Under the pieces are notes generated by a model. That model did not search any database. It worked only from the letters and a program-made list of their open reading frames with translations, and was not told the origin of the DNA. A stretch of DNA of 64,000 nucleotides from Synergistaceae bacterium (GTDB lineage Bacteria > Synergistota > Synergistia > Synergistales > 79-D21): contig JAAYVK010000039.1 of NCBI GenBank assembly GCA_012517195.1, positions 85 through 64,084 of the forward strand, read 5' to 3'. Within the stretch, counting starts at the first letter, position 1; every line of letters begins with the position of its first letter. Positions 8,355 through 16,990 of this stretch are shown piece after piece. The position numbers and the translations under genes were made by a program.

Positions 8355-10622
8355 ATGGAAAAAGCACGTTTCCTGATCGGCGGGGTGGTCCAGGGAGTAG
8401 GGTTCCGTCCTTTCTGCGCCCGGCTGGCGATAGAGGAAAAGCTCAATGGGTCGGTCAGGAACACGAGTTCGGGAGTTGAACTGGAGCTTTGGGGTGAACG
8501 CGTTCAGATCGACTGTTACCTGAGACGCCTCGAGCGGGAATGTCCCACCGCAGCCTATATTCAATCGGTGAATCTTCTGGAAAGGCAAGAGAATGCATCC
8601 TCTCCCCCCGACTCCTTCAGAATCCTGAAAAGCGAGGAACAATCTATCCGGCGGGTGCTGATCCCGCCCGATATTGCCACCTGCGAATCCTGCCTCGAAG
8701 AAATGCGGGACCCATCGGATCGCCGCTACCGGTATCCATTTATCAACTGCACACTTTGCGGGCCTAGGTTTTCGATCATCCAGGACTTGCCCTACGATCG
8801 CCCGAACACCACGATGTCCACGTTTTCGATGTGCGGGAAGTGTTCGGCCGAATACCTCGATCCCTCCAATCGGCGCTATCACGCCCAGCCGAATGCCTGT
8901 CCGCTTTGCGGTCCGCGATTATGGGCCTGTGACCGCAGGGGAACTACGCTGGCGGAAGGCGAGGATGCAATCCAGGTCGCGGCGGGACTGATCTTTGAGG
9001 GCCGAATCCTTGCGGTCAAAGGGCTAGGCGGATTTCACCTGGCCTGTGACGCGCGAAATGACGAAGCGGTCGGGGAACTTCGGATTCGGAAGCGCCGTTC
9101 CCACCGCCCGTTTGCAATCATGGTCCGTGACCTGGAGGCCGCGGAGAAGGTGGCTGTTTTGACTGAGAAAGGGAGGGACTGCCTGATTTCCTCCCGGCGG
9201 CCCATCGTCCTGTGCCAGGCCCGCGCGGGGTCCGGCCTTTCCTCCCTGCTAAGTCCCGGCCTGGATTCGATCGGGGTCATGCTTCCCTACACACCCCTCC
9301 ACCATTTGCTTCTTGAAGAGCTGGATGTCCTGGTCATGACGAGTGCGAACCAAAGTGAGGAACCCATTGTGGCCGATAACGAAGAGGCCCTGAAAAACCT
9401 GTCGTCCCTGGTGGATGCATTTCTGCTGCATGACCGCAAGATCTGCATGCGAATCGATGATTCCGTCGTTTCCGTAGCGGGAAACCGGGCCTTCTACGTC
9501 CGGAGGGCTCGGGGGGTGGTCCCTCAGCCCCTTTTCCTGCCGAAAAGCGGGCCTTCCGTTCTTGCGGCCGGAGGTGAAATGAAGTCAACCTTCTCCATCA
9601 CGCATGAAGGCGCTCTCTTCCCAAGCCAGTACCTGGGAGATCTCAAGTCGCTTGGGGGAGCGACCCTATACCGGGAAGCCCTGAAGCACTTTCTTTCCCT
9701 GTACGCCATCAAGCCGGAATTTCTGGTTCACGACCTGCACCCCCTGTACCTGTCAACCCGCCTCTGCCGTGAAGTTCTTCCAAATCCCGGCGGAACCCTT
9801 GCCGTCCAGCACCATCATGCCCACCTTGCCGCCTGTCTCTTTGAGAATGGGATCGATGAGCCGGCCGTTGGCCTCATTCTCGATGGAACGGGGTATGGGA
9901 CGGACGGCGGCATCTGGGGAGGGGAAATCCTGTGGGGAGATGCCTCCGGGTTTGAGCGCCTCGGACATCTGGTTCCCTTCACGCTTCCCGGAGGAGAGAG
10001 AGCGATCTGGGAGCCCTGGCGTTGCGGAATGTCGCTTGCCTATGCAAGCGGACTGCAGGAAGAAGCGAAAGAGTGGGCAAAACGCAAAAGCACGCTTTCA
10101 CCGGACTTTGCCCGGTTCTTCGAGGTTTCGATCGCGGCAGGAGTGCAAACGACCTCCTGCGGAAGACTGTTTGACGGGGTGTCTGCCCTTCTGGGGTTCG
10201 TGGAATCCGTCACGTTTGACGGGCAGGCTCCCATGGTCCTCGAGGCTGCAGCGAGAGGTTCGGGATCGCTGCCCTTTTCCGTGGTTGAATCCGACGGGAA
10301 AATCCTGGTTGATTGGAGGCCCGCGATCCGGGAAATTTTCGCAGAAAAGGGCCGGAAGTCCGCCGGTTCAATTTCCGCCGCATTCCATGGTGGGCTGGCC
10401 CGGGCCCTCGGAGAGGCTGCCGCGCTGGCCGCGGAACGGAAAGGAACCCGGAGGGTCGTTCTTTCCGGCGGGGTCTGGCAGAACAGGCGTCTTTTTTCAC
10501 TCATGATGGGGGAAGCCCGAAGAAGAGGCTTGATCCCGGTCATTCATACCCTCCTCTCGCCAAACGATGAATGCGTTTCGGTAGGCCAGGCGGTGGCTGG
10601 ATACCGGAAATGGGGAAAATAG
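8355..10622 (+). CDS. hypF: [NiFe]-hydrogenase maturation carbamoyltransferase HypF
   Basis: N-terminal acylphosphatase domain (GGVVQGVGFRPF). Two zinc-finger repeats (CESCLEEMRDPSDRRYRYPFINCTLCGPRF, CGKCSAEYLDPSNRRYHAQPNACPLCGPRL). YrdC-like and Kae1-like C-terminal domains. ATG at 8355 has SD GGAGGG upstream. Confidence 0.92.
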   Translation: MEKARFLIGGVVQGVGFRPFCARLAIEEKLNGSVRNTSSGVELELWGERVQIDCYLRRLERECPTAAYIQSVNLLERQENASSPPDSFRILKSEEQSIRRVLIPPDIATCESCLEEMRDPSDRRYRYPFINCTLCGPRFSIIQDLPYDRPNTTMSTFSMCGKCSAEYLDPSNRRYHAQPNACPLCGPRLWACDRRGTTLAEGEDAIQVAAGLIFEGRILAVKGLGGFHLACDARNDEAVGELRIRKRRSHRPFAIMVRDLEAAEKVAVLTEKGRDCLISSRRPIVLCQARAGSGLSSLLSPGLDSIGVMLPYTPLHHLLLEELDVLVMTSANQSEEPIVADNEEALKNLSSLVDAFLLHDRKICMRIDDSVVSVAGNRAFYVRRARGVVPQPLFLPKSGPSVLAAGGEMKSTFSITHEGALFPSQYLGDLKSLGGATLYREALKHFLSLYAIKPEFLVHDLHPLYLSTRLCREVLPNPGGTLAVQHHHAHLAACLFENGIDEPAVGLILDGTGYGTDGGIWGGEILWGDASGFERLGHLVPFTLPGGERAIWEPWRCGMSLAYASGLQEEAKEWAKRKSTLSPDFARFFEVSIAAGVQTTSCGRLFDGVSALLGFVESVTFDGQAPMVLEAAARGSGSLPFSVVESDGKILVDWRPAIREIFAEKGRKSAGSISAAFHGGLARALGEAAALAAERKGTRRVVLSGGVWQNRRLFSLMMGEARRRGLIPVIHTLLSPNDECVSVGQAVAGYRKWGK

Positions 10623-10626
10623 AAAT

Positions 10627-10653
10627 GGGGCGCCGGTCAAAGACCGGCGCCCC
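10627..10653. terminator. bidirectional rho-independent terminator between convergent hypF and csp
   Basis: Perfect 12-bp stem GGGGCGCCGGTC-aaa-GACCGGCGCCCC, 5 nt after the hypF stop and 19 nt after the csp stop. The flanks are modestly A/T-rich. Confidence 0.7.
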
Positions 10654-10671
10654 TCTGTATTCAAGCCGCGC

Positions 10672-10869
10672 CTAGAGCGGGCGGATATGGGCCGCCTGGG
10701 GCCCCTTGGCTCCTTCAACAACCTCGAACTCGACGGCCTGGCCTTCTTCCAGAGTCTTGAAGCCCTCCATCTCGATGGCGCTGTAATGAGCAAAGACGTC
10801 TTTTCCCTCTTCCGTGGTGATGAAACCATATCCCTTCGTTGCGTTGAACCACTTTACTGTTCCTTTCAT
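10672..10869 (-). CDS. csp: cold-shock protein (CspA family)
   Basis: [26 protein letters not shown], with RNP1/RNP2 motifs. 65 aa. Confidence 0.95.
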   Translation of the reverse strand: MKGTVKWFNATKGYGFITTEEGKDVFAHYSAIEMEGFKTLEEGQAVEFEVVEGAKGPQAAHIRPL

Positions 10870-10927
10870 TGACTGTACCCCTCCGGTTCTTCGTTTTCCT
10901 GCATCTGCAGGTTAAAAAAACATGGTC

Positions 10928-10956
10928 AATATATCATCGCAGAAACGGCGCGTCAA
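10928..10956 (-). promoter_or_regulatory. putative promoter of csp with a roughly 55-60 nt 5' UTR
   Basis: On the minus strand, TTGACG (10956-10951), 17-nt spacer, TATATT (10933-10928). SD GGAGGGG lies upstream of the ATG at 10869. Confidence 0.5.
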
Positions 10957-10986
10957 TATGGCCGGTTTTTCCGCATCCCTGACCCG

Positions 10987-11967
10987 CTAGTAATTGATGC
11001 CGCTGATGGTTTCTAGCTTGGAAAGCTTGTGGATGGCCTCGATGTACCGGATCGTCCCGCTAGCGGAACGCATGACGATGGATTGAGTCCGGATGCGGTC
11101 ACCTTCGTAGCGCACGCCCTGAAGCAGGTCGCCGTTCGTGATGCCGGTCGCGGCAAAAAAGACATTGTTGCTTTTCACGAGATCGTCCATGCTGAGGATC
11201 TGTTCAAGGTCCATGCCCAAGTCCCTGCATTTTTCCGCCTCTTCCTCGTTTCTGGGCCAGAGCGTGCAGTACATGGCCCCTCCGACGCACTTGAGGGCGC
11301 AGGCGGTAATGACAGCCTCCGGCGATCCACCGATGCCGGCAAGAAGATCAACCCCGGCATCCTCCTTGCAGGTCATCAATGCACCGGCAATGTCCCCGTC
11401 TGTAATCAGCCGGATCCTTGCGCCTGCCTCACGGATGTCCGCGATGAGTTTTTCATGCCGCGGGCGGTCGAGCAATACAACGGTGATGTCCTCGACGTTC
11501 TTTTTCTTTGCCTTTGCGACCCTCCGGATGTTCTCTCCGATCGGAAGCCGGATATCGATCGATCCCGCTGCTTCCGGACCTGTCGCGAGCTTGTTCATGT
11601 AAAAAATGTGCTGGGGAAAATACATGCTTCCTCGTTCCGCCAATGCGACGACACTGATGGAGTTCTGCCTCCCGAGGGAAAGGAGTCTCGTCCCGTCGAT
11701 CGGATCCACCGCGATGTCGACCTTGGGCTCATCCCCTGTCCCGAGGCGTTCGCCGTTAAAGAGCATCGGGGCCTCGTCCTTTTCCCCTTCTCCGATGACA
11801 ACTGTCCCATCCATCCGGATCGTGTTCAGCATGTAGCGCATGGCATTGACCGCTGCCCCGTCAGCCCCGTTCTTGTCTCCCCGGCCCATCCACCGGCCGG
11901 CAGCCATCGCGGCCGACTCCGTTACCCGGACAAGTTCCAGCGCCAGATTTCTTTCCGGAAGCGACAT
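10987..11967 (-). CDS. glpX: class II fructose-1,6-bisphosphatase
   Basis: [51 protein letters not shown] are GlpX signatures. ATG at 11967 is preceded by GAGGGGG. The track start at 12093 overlaps purB. Confidence 0.92.
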   Translation of the reverse strand: MSLPERNLALELVRVTESAAMAAGRWMGRGDKNGADGAAVNAMRYMLNTIRMDGTVVIGEGEKDEAPMLFNGERLGTGDEPKVDIAVDPIDGTRLLSLGRQNSISVVALAERGSMYFPQHIFYMNKLATGPEAAGSIDIRLPIGENIRRVAKAKKKNVEDITVVLLDRPRHEKLIADIREAGARIRLITDGDIAGALMTCKEDAGVDLLAGIGGSPEAVITACALKCVGGAMYCTLWPRNEEEAEKCRDLGMDLEQILSMDDLVKSNNVFFAATGITNGDLLQGVRYEGDRIRTQSIVMRSASGTIRYIEAIHKLSKLETISGINY

Positions 11968-11980
11968 TGCGAGCACCCCC

Positions 11981-13303
11981 TCAAGCGTTTTGTGGATCGG
12001 CTTCTCCCCTGTTTTCAAATCGGGAGAAAATTTCGTCGACATATCGGGTGAAATAGCGGTAATCGAAAAGCAGGTCCAGGGAGTCATCGTCAAGGTAACG
12101 GCTCACTCGCGGGTCAGAGGCCAGCAGGTCCCTGAGGTGGCCTTCCCCGGCCCAGCACCGCATGGCGTTTTCCTGCACGATGGCGTAGGCATCCTCGCGG
12201 CTGACTCCCATTTCCTCGACCAGGAACAGAAGGATTCTCTGGCTGAAAAGGAGCCCCCGGGTCAATTCGAGATTTCCTGCCATTCTGCCGGGATCGACCT
12301 GCAGTCCGGCGAGAATTCGCTTCAGGGTTTTCAGCGAGTAGTGTGCGAGGTGGAATGCATCCGGCCAGGCAATGCGCTCCACCGACGAGTGGCTGATATC
12401 CCGTTCATGCCACAGGGCAATGTTTTCCATCGAAGCAAGGGCGTATCCCCTCAGAAGACGCGCCATCCCGCAGACCCTTTCGGAAAGAATCGGGTTTCTC
12501 TTATGGGGCATGGCGGAGGACCCCTTCTGCCCCTTGGCGAATGGTTCTGCTGCTTCGAGAACTTCGGTTCTCTGGAGGTGCCTGATTTCCGTTGCAATTC
12601 GTTCCATCGTGGCTCCGAGAATTGCGATCGCTGTCAGGACCTCCGCGTGGCGGTCCCTCTGCAGGATCTGGTTCGAAACGGGAGCTCTCTGTAATCCCAG
12701 CTTCGAACAGACTTTTTCCTCGATTTGCGGGGGGCAGTGGGCATAGGTCCCGACGGCTCCGGAAATCTTTCCGACCCGGATGTGGTTCGTCGCGAGCTCA
12801 AGCCGCTCGAGGTCCCGCTGAAGCTGTGAATGCCAGTTCAAAAGCTTCAGTCCGAAGGTCGTCGGTTCTCCGTGGATCCCATGGGTTCTCCCCACGCAGG
12901 GGATGTGGCGGTACTCCCTGGCTTTTTCCAGCACAAGTCCGGAAAAGCTCTTCAGCGTTTCGATTAGAACGGCGAGGGCTTCCAGGATCAGGAGGGATCC
13001 CGCGGTGTCCACCACGTCGCTGCTCGTCAGGCCGAGGTGAACAAAACGTCCCTCGGGTCCGATTTTCTCGGCGACGGAACTTACAAACGCAATGACATCA
13101 TGGTGAGTGCTGGATTCGATTTCGGCAATTCTTTCCAGGTCGAAACCTGCGCGCTTTCGAATGGTTTCCATCGCTTCGGCAGGAATGCGCCCCTCTTCTG
13201 TCCAGGCCTCGCAGACCGCCAATTCGACCTCGAGCCATTTTTGGAAGCGGTTTTCGTCGGACCATATCCTTTTCATCTCTTCGGTTTCGTAGCGCTCGAT
13301 CAT
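11981..13303 (-). CDS. purB: adenylosuccinate lyase
   Basis: [27 protein letters not shown].. and the fumarate-lyase signature [13 protein letters not shown] at 13303 has SD GGAGGG and forms an ATGA overlap with the ftsY stop. Confidence 0.95.
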   Translation of the reverse strand: MIERYETEEMKRIWSDENRFQKWLEVELAVCEAWTEEGRIPAEAMETIRKRAGFDLERIAEIESSTHHDVIAFVSSVAEKIGPEGRFVHLGLTSSDVVDTAGSLLILEALAVLIETLKSFSGLVLEKAREYRHIPCVGRTHGIHGEPTTFGLKLLNWHSQLQRDLERLELATNHIRVGKISGAVGTYAHCPPQIEEKVCSKLGLQRAPVSNQILQRDRHAEVLTAIAILGATMERIATEIRHLQRTEVLEAAEPFAKGQKGSSAMPHKRNPILSERVCGMARLLRGYALASMENIALWHERDISHSSVERIAWPDAFHLAHYSLKTLKRILAGLQVDPGRMAGNLELTRGLLFSQRILLFLVEEMGVSREDAYAIVQENAMRCWAGEGHLRDLLASDPRVSRYLDDDSLDLLFDYRYFTRYVDEIFSRFENRGEADPQNA

Positions 13304-14250
13304 GAACGAAGTCCCTCCTTGCACAAATCGCCCTCTGGCAAGCCGAGAAGGGCTTCGATAAACTCCCTCGGGTGAAATAGGGCGAGATCCTCAACTTTCT
13401 CGCCCAGTCCGACATACCGCACCGGCAGCCCAAGTTCGTTGACGACGGACAGGATCACCCCGCCCTTTGCCGTGTTGTCGTATTTCGTCAGGACGATGCC
13501 CGTGAGGGGGAGCGCTTCGCCAAAAACCTTCGCCTGCTGAAAAGCGTTCTGCCCCATCACGGCGTCGATAACCAGCAGAAATTCCGCGTTGCCCGGTCCA
13601 GCCTCGCGTTCCACCACGCGAGCCACCTTTTTCAGTTCCTCCATCAGGTTGTGCCGCGTGTGCAGCCGTCCTGCGGTATCGGCAATCACCAGTTCCGCTC
13701 CGTCGGCTTTCGCGGACCGGATGGCATCGAACACGACGGCGGCAGGATCACTTCCCATCCCGTGACTGACCGTCCTTGCGCCGCAGCGTTCGCCCCAGGT
13801 TTTCAACTGGTCGATCGCTGCGGCCCTGTAAGTGTCGGCGGCGGCTAGCACGACCCGGTTGCCTGCCCTGATGAACTGCGAGGCCAGTTTTCCGGCGGTG
13901 GTGGTTTTCCCGCTGCCGTTGACCCCGGCAAGGAGAACGACCGAGGGTTTTCCGGCCAGTCGGAGCGGTGCCCCGTTCAGGGGATTCCCGGCAAAGATCG
14001 CCTCGAGCTGTTTCCCGAAAAGCAAAACCGGGGGGCACTGCTCCATCCCTGGAGTTTTCCTCAGCTTTCTGAAATCGGCGACGAGCCTTTCCGAAAGATC
14101 GACTCCCACATCGCCCTTTAGGAGGGTTTCCTCGATTTCTTCCCAGAAATCGGGACTTTCATCGGACGTCGAAATCAGCCGGGCCAGGGAATTCCCCCAC
14201 TTGGACCTGACTTCTTTCAGTCCGGATCTGAACCGTTCAAAGAAATTCAG
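13300..14250 (-). CDS. ftsY: signal recognition particle receptor FtsY; proposed CTG start
   Basis: NG domain (LLAGVNGSGKTTTAGKLA, DTAGRLH, TKYDNTAKGG). The conserved N-terminus NFFERFRSGLKEVRSKWG..DFWEEIEETLLKGDVG is encoded upstream of the first canonical start (GTG at 14109). CTG at 14250 sits 6 nt after GGAGGTGG. Confidence 0.85.
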   Translation of the reverse strand: MNFFERFRSGLKEVRSKWGNSLARLISTSDESPDFWEEIEETLLKGDVGVDLSERLVADFRKLRKTPGMEQCPPVLLFGKQLEAIFAGNPLNGAPLRLAGKPSVVLLAGVNGSGKTTTAGKLASQFIRAGNRVVLAAADTYRAAAIDQLKTWGERCGARTVSHGMGSDPAAVVFDAIRSAKADGAELVIADTAGRLHTRHNLMEELKKVARVVEREAGPGNAEFLLVIDAVMGQNAFQQAKVFGEALPLTGIVLTKYDNTAKGGVILSVVNELGLPVRYVGLGEKVEDLALFHPREFIEALLGLPEGDLCKEGLRS

Positions 14251-14286
14251 GGATATCCACCTCCAGTTGTGATCCAGTCGGAGCGG

Positions 14287-15618
14287 CTATTCCTCCGCCT
14301 GTGGTTTTCGTGACTTTCTCCGCCGGGAATTTCTTTTCCTGCGGGGCTTTTCCAGGTTATCGGGCCCGGTCGGCGAGACCTCGATCCGGTTTTCGGGAGC
14401 CGGTTTCGCCGGAGCCACCTCCGGTACGGAGGCGGCCGGCTTTCTCTTTTTCCGCCGCGGCCGCCTTCTTTTGGACCGCGTTTCTTCCTGGGCAGGTGAT
14501 TCACTCTTTACCGCTGGACCCGCAGACGCTGCCTGTTTTGCGGGAAGTTCCCTTTCCCTTTTTTCCCGGTCTTCGGTTCTTCGAACGGGTCTCTCCCTGG
14601 AGGTCAACCGGCCGGGGCGCGGGCGGACTGGCCTTTCCACGGGGCAGATCCCGTCCTCGACGATTCTGTCCGAATCCGTTACGGCTTCCTGAAGGAGCGA
14701 ATCGAAAGGAAGCGGAACAACTTCCTCGCGCTGGGGTTCCCAAACCTCGCCTTTCTGGATGGCTTCCTTGAATTTCGCGAACTCGGAAACCGGCACCAGC
14801 AGCTCCGTTCGATCCGGGCAGAAGATCCTCAGGGATTTCCCCATCAGGTCGACACCCGAGATCAGGTAGGTTTCTCCGGTCAGCGACTTTAGCTTCGTTC
14901 CCGGGTTGGGAAGCCCCTTCCAGAGTTCCTGGTAGGTTTGATGCTCGTATCCCATGCAGCACATAAGGCGGCCGCAGATTCCGGAAATCTTTGTCGGGTT
15001 GAGAGCTAAATTCTGCTGTTTCACCATCTTGATGCAGATGGGTTCGAACCGGTTAAGCCATGTGCTGCAGCAACAAGGCATCCCGCATTGTGAAATCCCC
15101 GCTGCGACTTTTGCCTCGTCTCTGCCGCCGATCTGGCGAAGTTCGATTCGGGTTTTGAACTCCCTCGCCAAATCCCGGACAAACCCCCTGAAATCGATCC
15201 GCTGTTCGGCGGTAAAATAGAAAAAAAGCTTGGATCGGTCGAGGAGATATTCGACGTCTACCAGTTTCATGGCAAGATTGTGGGTTTTCAGAATCTCCCT
15301 TGCCCGTTGCAGGACCTGGGTTTCTTCCTCGGCACATTCTTTTCTGAATCCCGTTTCGTCCGGAAGGGGAAACCCGACGAACTGGACCTCGTCAGTCGAG
15401 GAGCCGTTCTTCGCATTTCCATCGGCGGTTTCGGACGTGGGCGCTTTTCTGTACCGCTCTTCCTGGCTGGGGCTGATGGGACCCGCGACGATCCCGATTT
15501 CTCTGCCTCTCGGAGATTCGATGACGATCGAATCTCCCTTGCGAAGGACAAAATCCTCCTCCGTCCTTAAGAAACCAAGGTAACGGGGCTTACCGTAAAG
15601 AATCAAGAAAGTCTTCAA
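14287..15618 (-). CDS. ricT: PSP1-domain protein RicT/YaaT with long basic C-terminal tail
   Basis: PSP1 core (KLVDVEYLLDRSKLFFYFTAEQRIDFRGFVRDLAREFKTRIELRQIGGRDEAK, CGMPCCCSTWL, CGRLMCCMGYE). It sits after holB as in B. subtilis. The last roughly 170 aa are P/R/K/E-rich. Confidence 0.88.
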   Translation of the reverse strand: MKTFLILYGKPRYLGFLRTEEDFVLRKGDSIVIESPRGREIGIVAGPISPSQEERYRKAPTSETADGNAKNGSSTDEVQFVGFPLPDETGFRKECAEEETQVLQRAREILKTHNLAMKLVDVEYLLDRSKLFFYFTAEQRIDFRGFVRDLAREFKTRIELRQIGGRDEAKVAAGISQCGMPCCCSTWLNRFEPICIKMVKQQNLALNPTKISGICGRLMCCMGYEHQTYQELWKGLPNPGTKLKSLTGETYLISGVDLMGKSLRIFCPDRTELLVPVSEFAKFKEAIQKGEVWEPQREEVVPLPFDSLLQEAVTDSDRIVEDGICPVERPVRPRPGRLTSRERPVRRTEDREKRERELPAKQAASAGPAVKSESPAQEETRSKRRRPRRKKRKPAASVPEVAPAKPAPENRIEVSPTGPDNLEKPRRKRNSRRRKSRKPQAEE

Positions 15619-16381
15619 ACTTGGATTCCTCTCTTGTCATCAAAAAAATAAGGTCAATGGCCATTGAGGTCGACAGCTTCGCTTTCTGAACCAGAACCAC
15701 CAGGGTGTCCAGGTCCGCGGCCTTCCGAAATTGACCGGAAAGAGCATACCACCTTGCCCAGGCCGTCGCACGCAGGAGAAGGGCTTCCGTTTTGCCGGAA
15801 GAAGCTTCGGACAGCCACTGAACCCATTCGTCGTCGTTTTTTGGGGGGGCTTCCGGGGCCAGGACCTCCTCGGGGGGCATTCGAAGGATCCAGCTTCGAC
15901 TGCGGAGGGTTGGCAGAAGGTTTTCTTCCTCCAGCAGGAAGAGAATCCTGCCCTGGGGAGGAGGTTCTTCCGCGATTTTTAGAAGGCTGTTCGCAGCAGG
16001 GGGGCTGAGACGGTCGGCGCAATAGATGACCGCAAGCCTGTAATTAGCTGCCACAGGGCGTGAATAGAGCTCCACGAGCTGTTCGCGGCAGGCCTCGATT
16101 CCCGGCGGGGCCTCGGGCGTTCCCAGGCGGACCAGGTCGGGATGGTTTTCGCCGACCCAGCCGGATCCGTTACCGGAAAAGAGGGCGTGAGCATAAAGGT
16201 GCACGAAGGGATCGTGAAACAGCAAGGGAGAACAGAAAACCACCGACTGAGGCACAACTCCAGCGCCGAGAGCCGAGGAGAGTTCCTTCCAGGCCCGGCT
16301 CGACTCGACGGCGTCGAAAACACCGTTCAAGTTTTCTTCCGCTTGGGCGGGAATTACGGGATGTCCAGGCATCAGATGCAC
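15590..16381 (-). CDS. holB: DNA polymerase III delta' subunit-like (reduced)
   Basis: Positioned between tmk and ricT. Clamp-loader box ANSLLKIAEEPPPQGRILFLLEEENLLPTLRSRS (LLKxLEEP...SRC region). No P-loop or zinc module is visible. Confidence 0.65.
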   Translation of the reverse strand: MHLMPGHPVIPAQAEENLNGVFDAVESSRAWKELSSALGAGVVPQSVVFCSPLLFHDPFVHLYAHALFSGNGSGWVGENHPDLVRLGTPEAPPGIEACREQLVELYSRPVAANYRLAVIYCADRLSPPAANSLLKIAEEPPPQGRILFLLEEENLLPTLRSRSWILRMPPEEVLAPEAPPKNDDEWVQWLSEASSGKTEALLLRATAWARWYALSGQFRKAADLDTLVVLVQKAKLSTSMAIDLIFLMTREESKFEDFLDSLR

Positions 16382-16977
16382 CCCTCCAGGGAGCCGAGGA
16401 TCCTGGCGAAGACCTCGTCCGGCTGTCCTTCTCCGTTGACTGCGCGAATTCGGCTTTTTTCCCTCTCCGCAAGGAACCGGTATCCCTCGATGACGCGTTC
16501 GAGGAAGTTTTTCCCCTCCCTTTCGTAGCGGTCGAGGTTTGCCCGGGCCAGGACCCGCCCCAGTGCTGTTTCCGAGGAGACATCCAGCAGGATCGTCAGA
16601 TCCGGGCGCGGGTATTCTGCCAAAGACAGGGCCCGTTCAATTTTCTCAAGTTCGATGCCTCGTCCCCAGACCTGGTAGGCCCGTGTGGAATCATCGAATC
16701 TTTCGCAAATCACGGTGATCCCTTTCCGAAGGGCGGGTTCGATGACTTTCCTTGCATGTTCGCAGCGATCGGCAAGAAAAAGGAAAACCTCCGTCCACGG
16801 ATGTTCAAGTTCCTGGGAAAGGATCATTTCCCGCAAATCTCCAGAACCGGGCCATCCCCCAGGTTCCCGCGTCCAGAGGACCTTCCCGTTTCCCCTTTTC
16901 TTTAGCAGGAATTCCGCCAGGCGCTGTGCCTGTGTGGATTTTCCGCAGCCGTCGATCCCTTCAAAAGTGATGAACAA
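16372..16977 (-). CDS. tmk: thymidylate kinase
   Basis: TTG at 16977 gives M-FITFEGIDGCGKSTQAQRLAEFL, with SD AGGAG 6 nt upstream and 13 nt after the mlaD stop. The track N-terminal extension to 17184 overlaps mlaD. Confidence 0.92.
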   Translation of the reverse strand: MFITFEGIDGCGKSTQAQRLAEFLLKKRGNGKVLWTREPGGWPGSGDLREMILSQELEHPWTEVFLFLADRCEHARKVIEPALRKGITVICERFDDSTRAYQVWGRGIELEKIERALSLAEYPRPDLTILLDVSSETALGRVLARANLDRYEREGKNFLERVIEGYRFLAEREKSRIRAVNGEGQPDEVFARILGSLEGCI

Positions 16978-16990
16978 GTCTTTCTCCTGC

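Noticed and set aside
14251-14289. Possible stop-codon read-through fusing RicT to FtsY (same frame, 12 sense codons apart)
   Set aside because: A perfect SD placed 6 nt before the CTG fits independent initiation much better. TAG read-through has no supporting signal here.
15040-15052. T-loop-like GGTTCGAACC inside ricT, and GGTTCAAATC at 50517-50530 inside remA/gmk, checked as possible hidden tRNAs including tRNA-Sec
   Set aside because: No acceptor, D or anticodon arms can be drawn around them, and both sit in well-supported coding frames.
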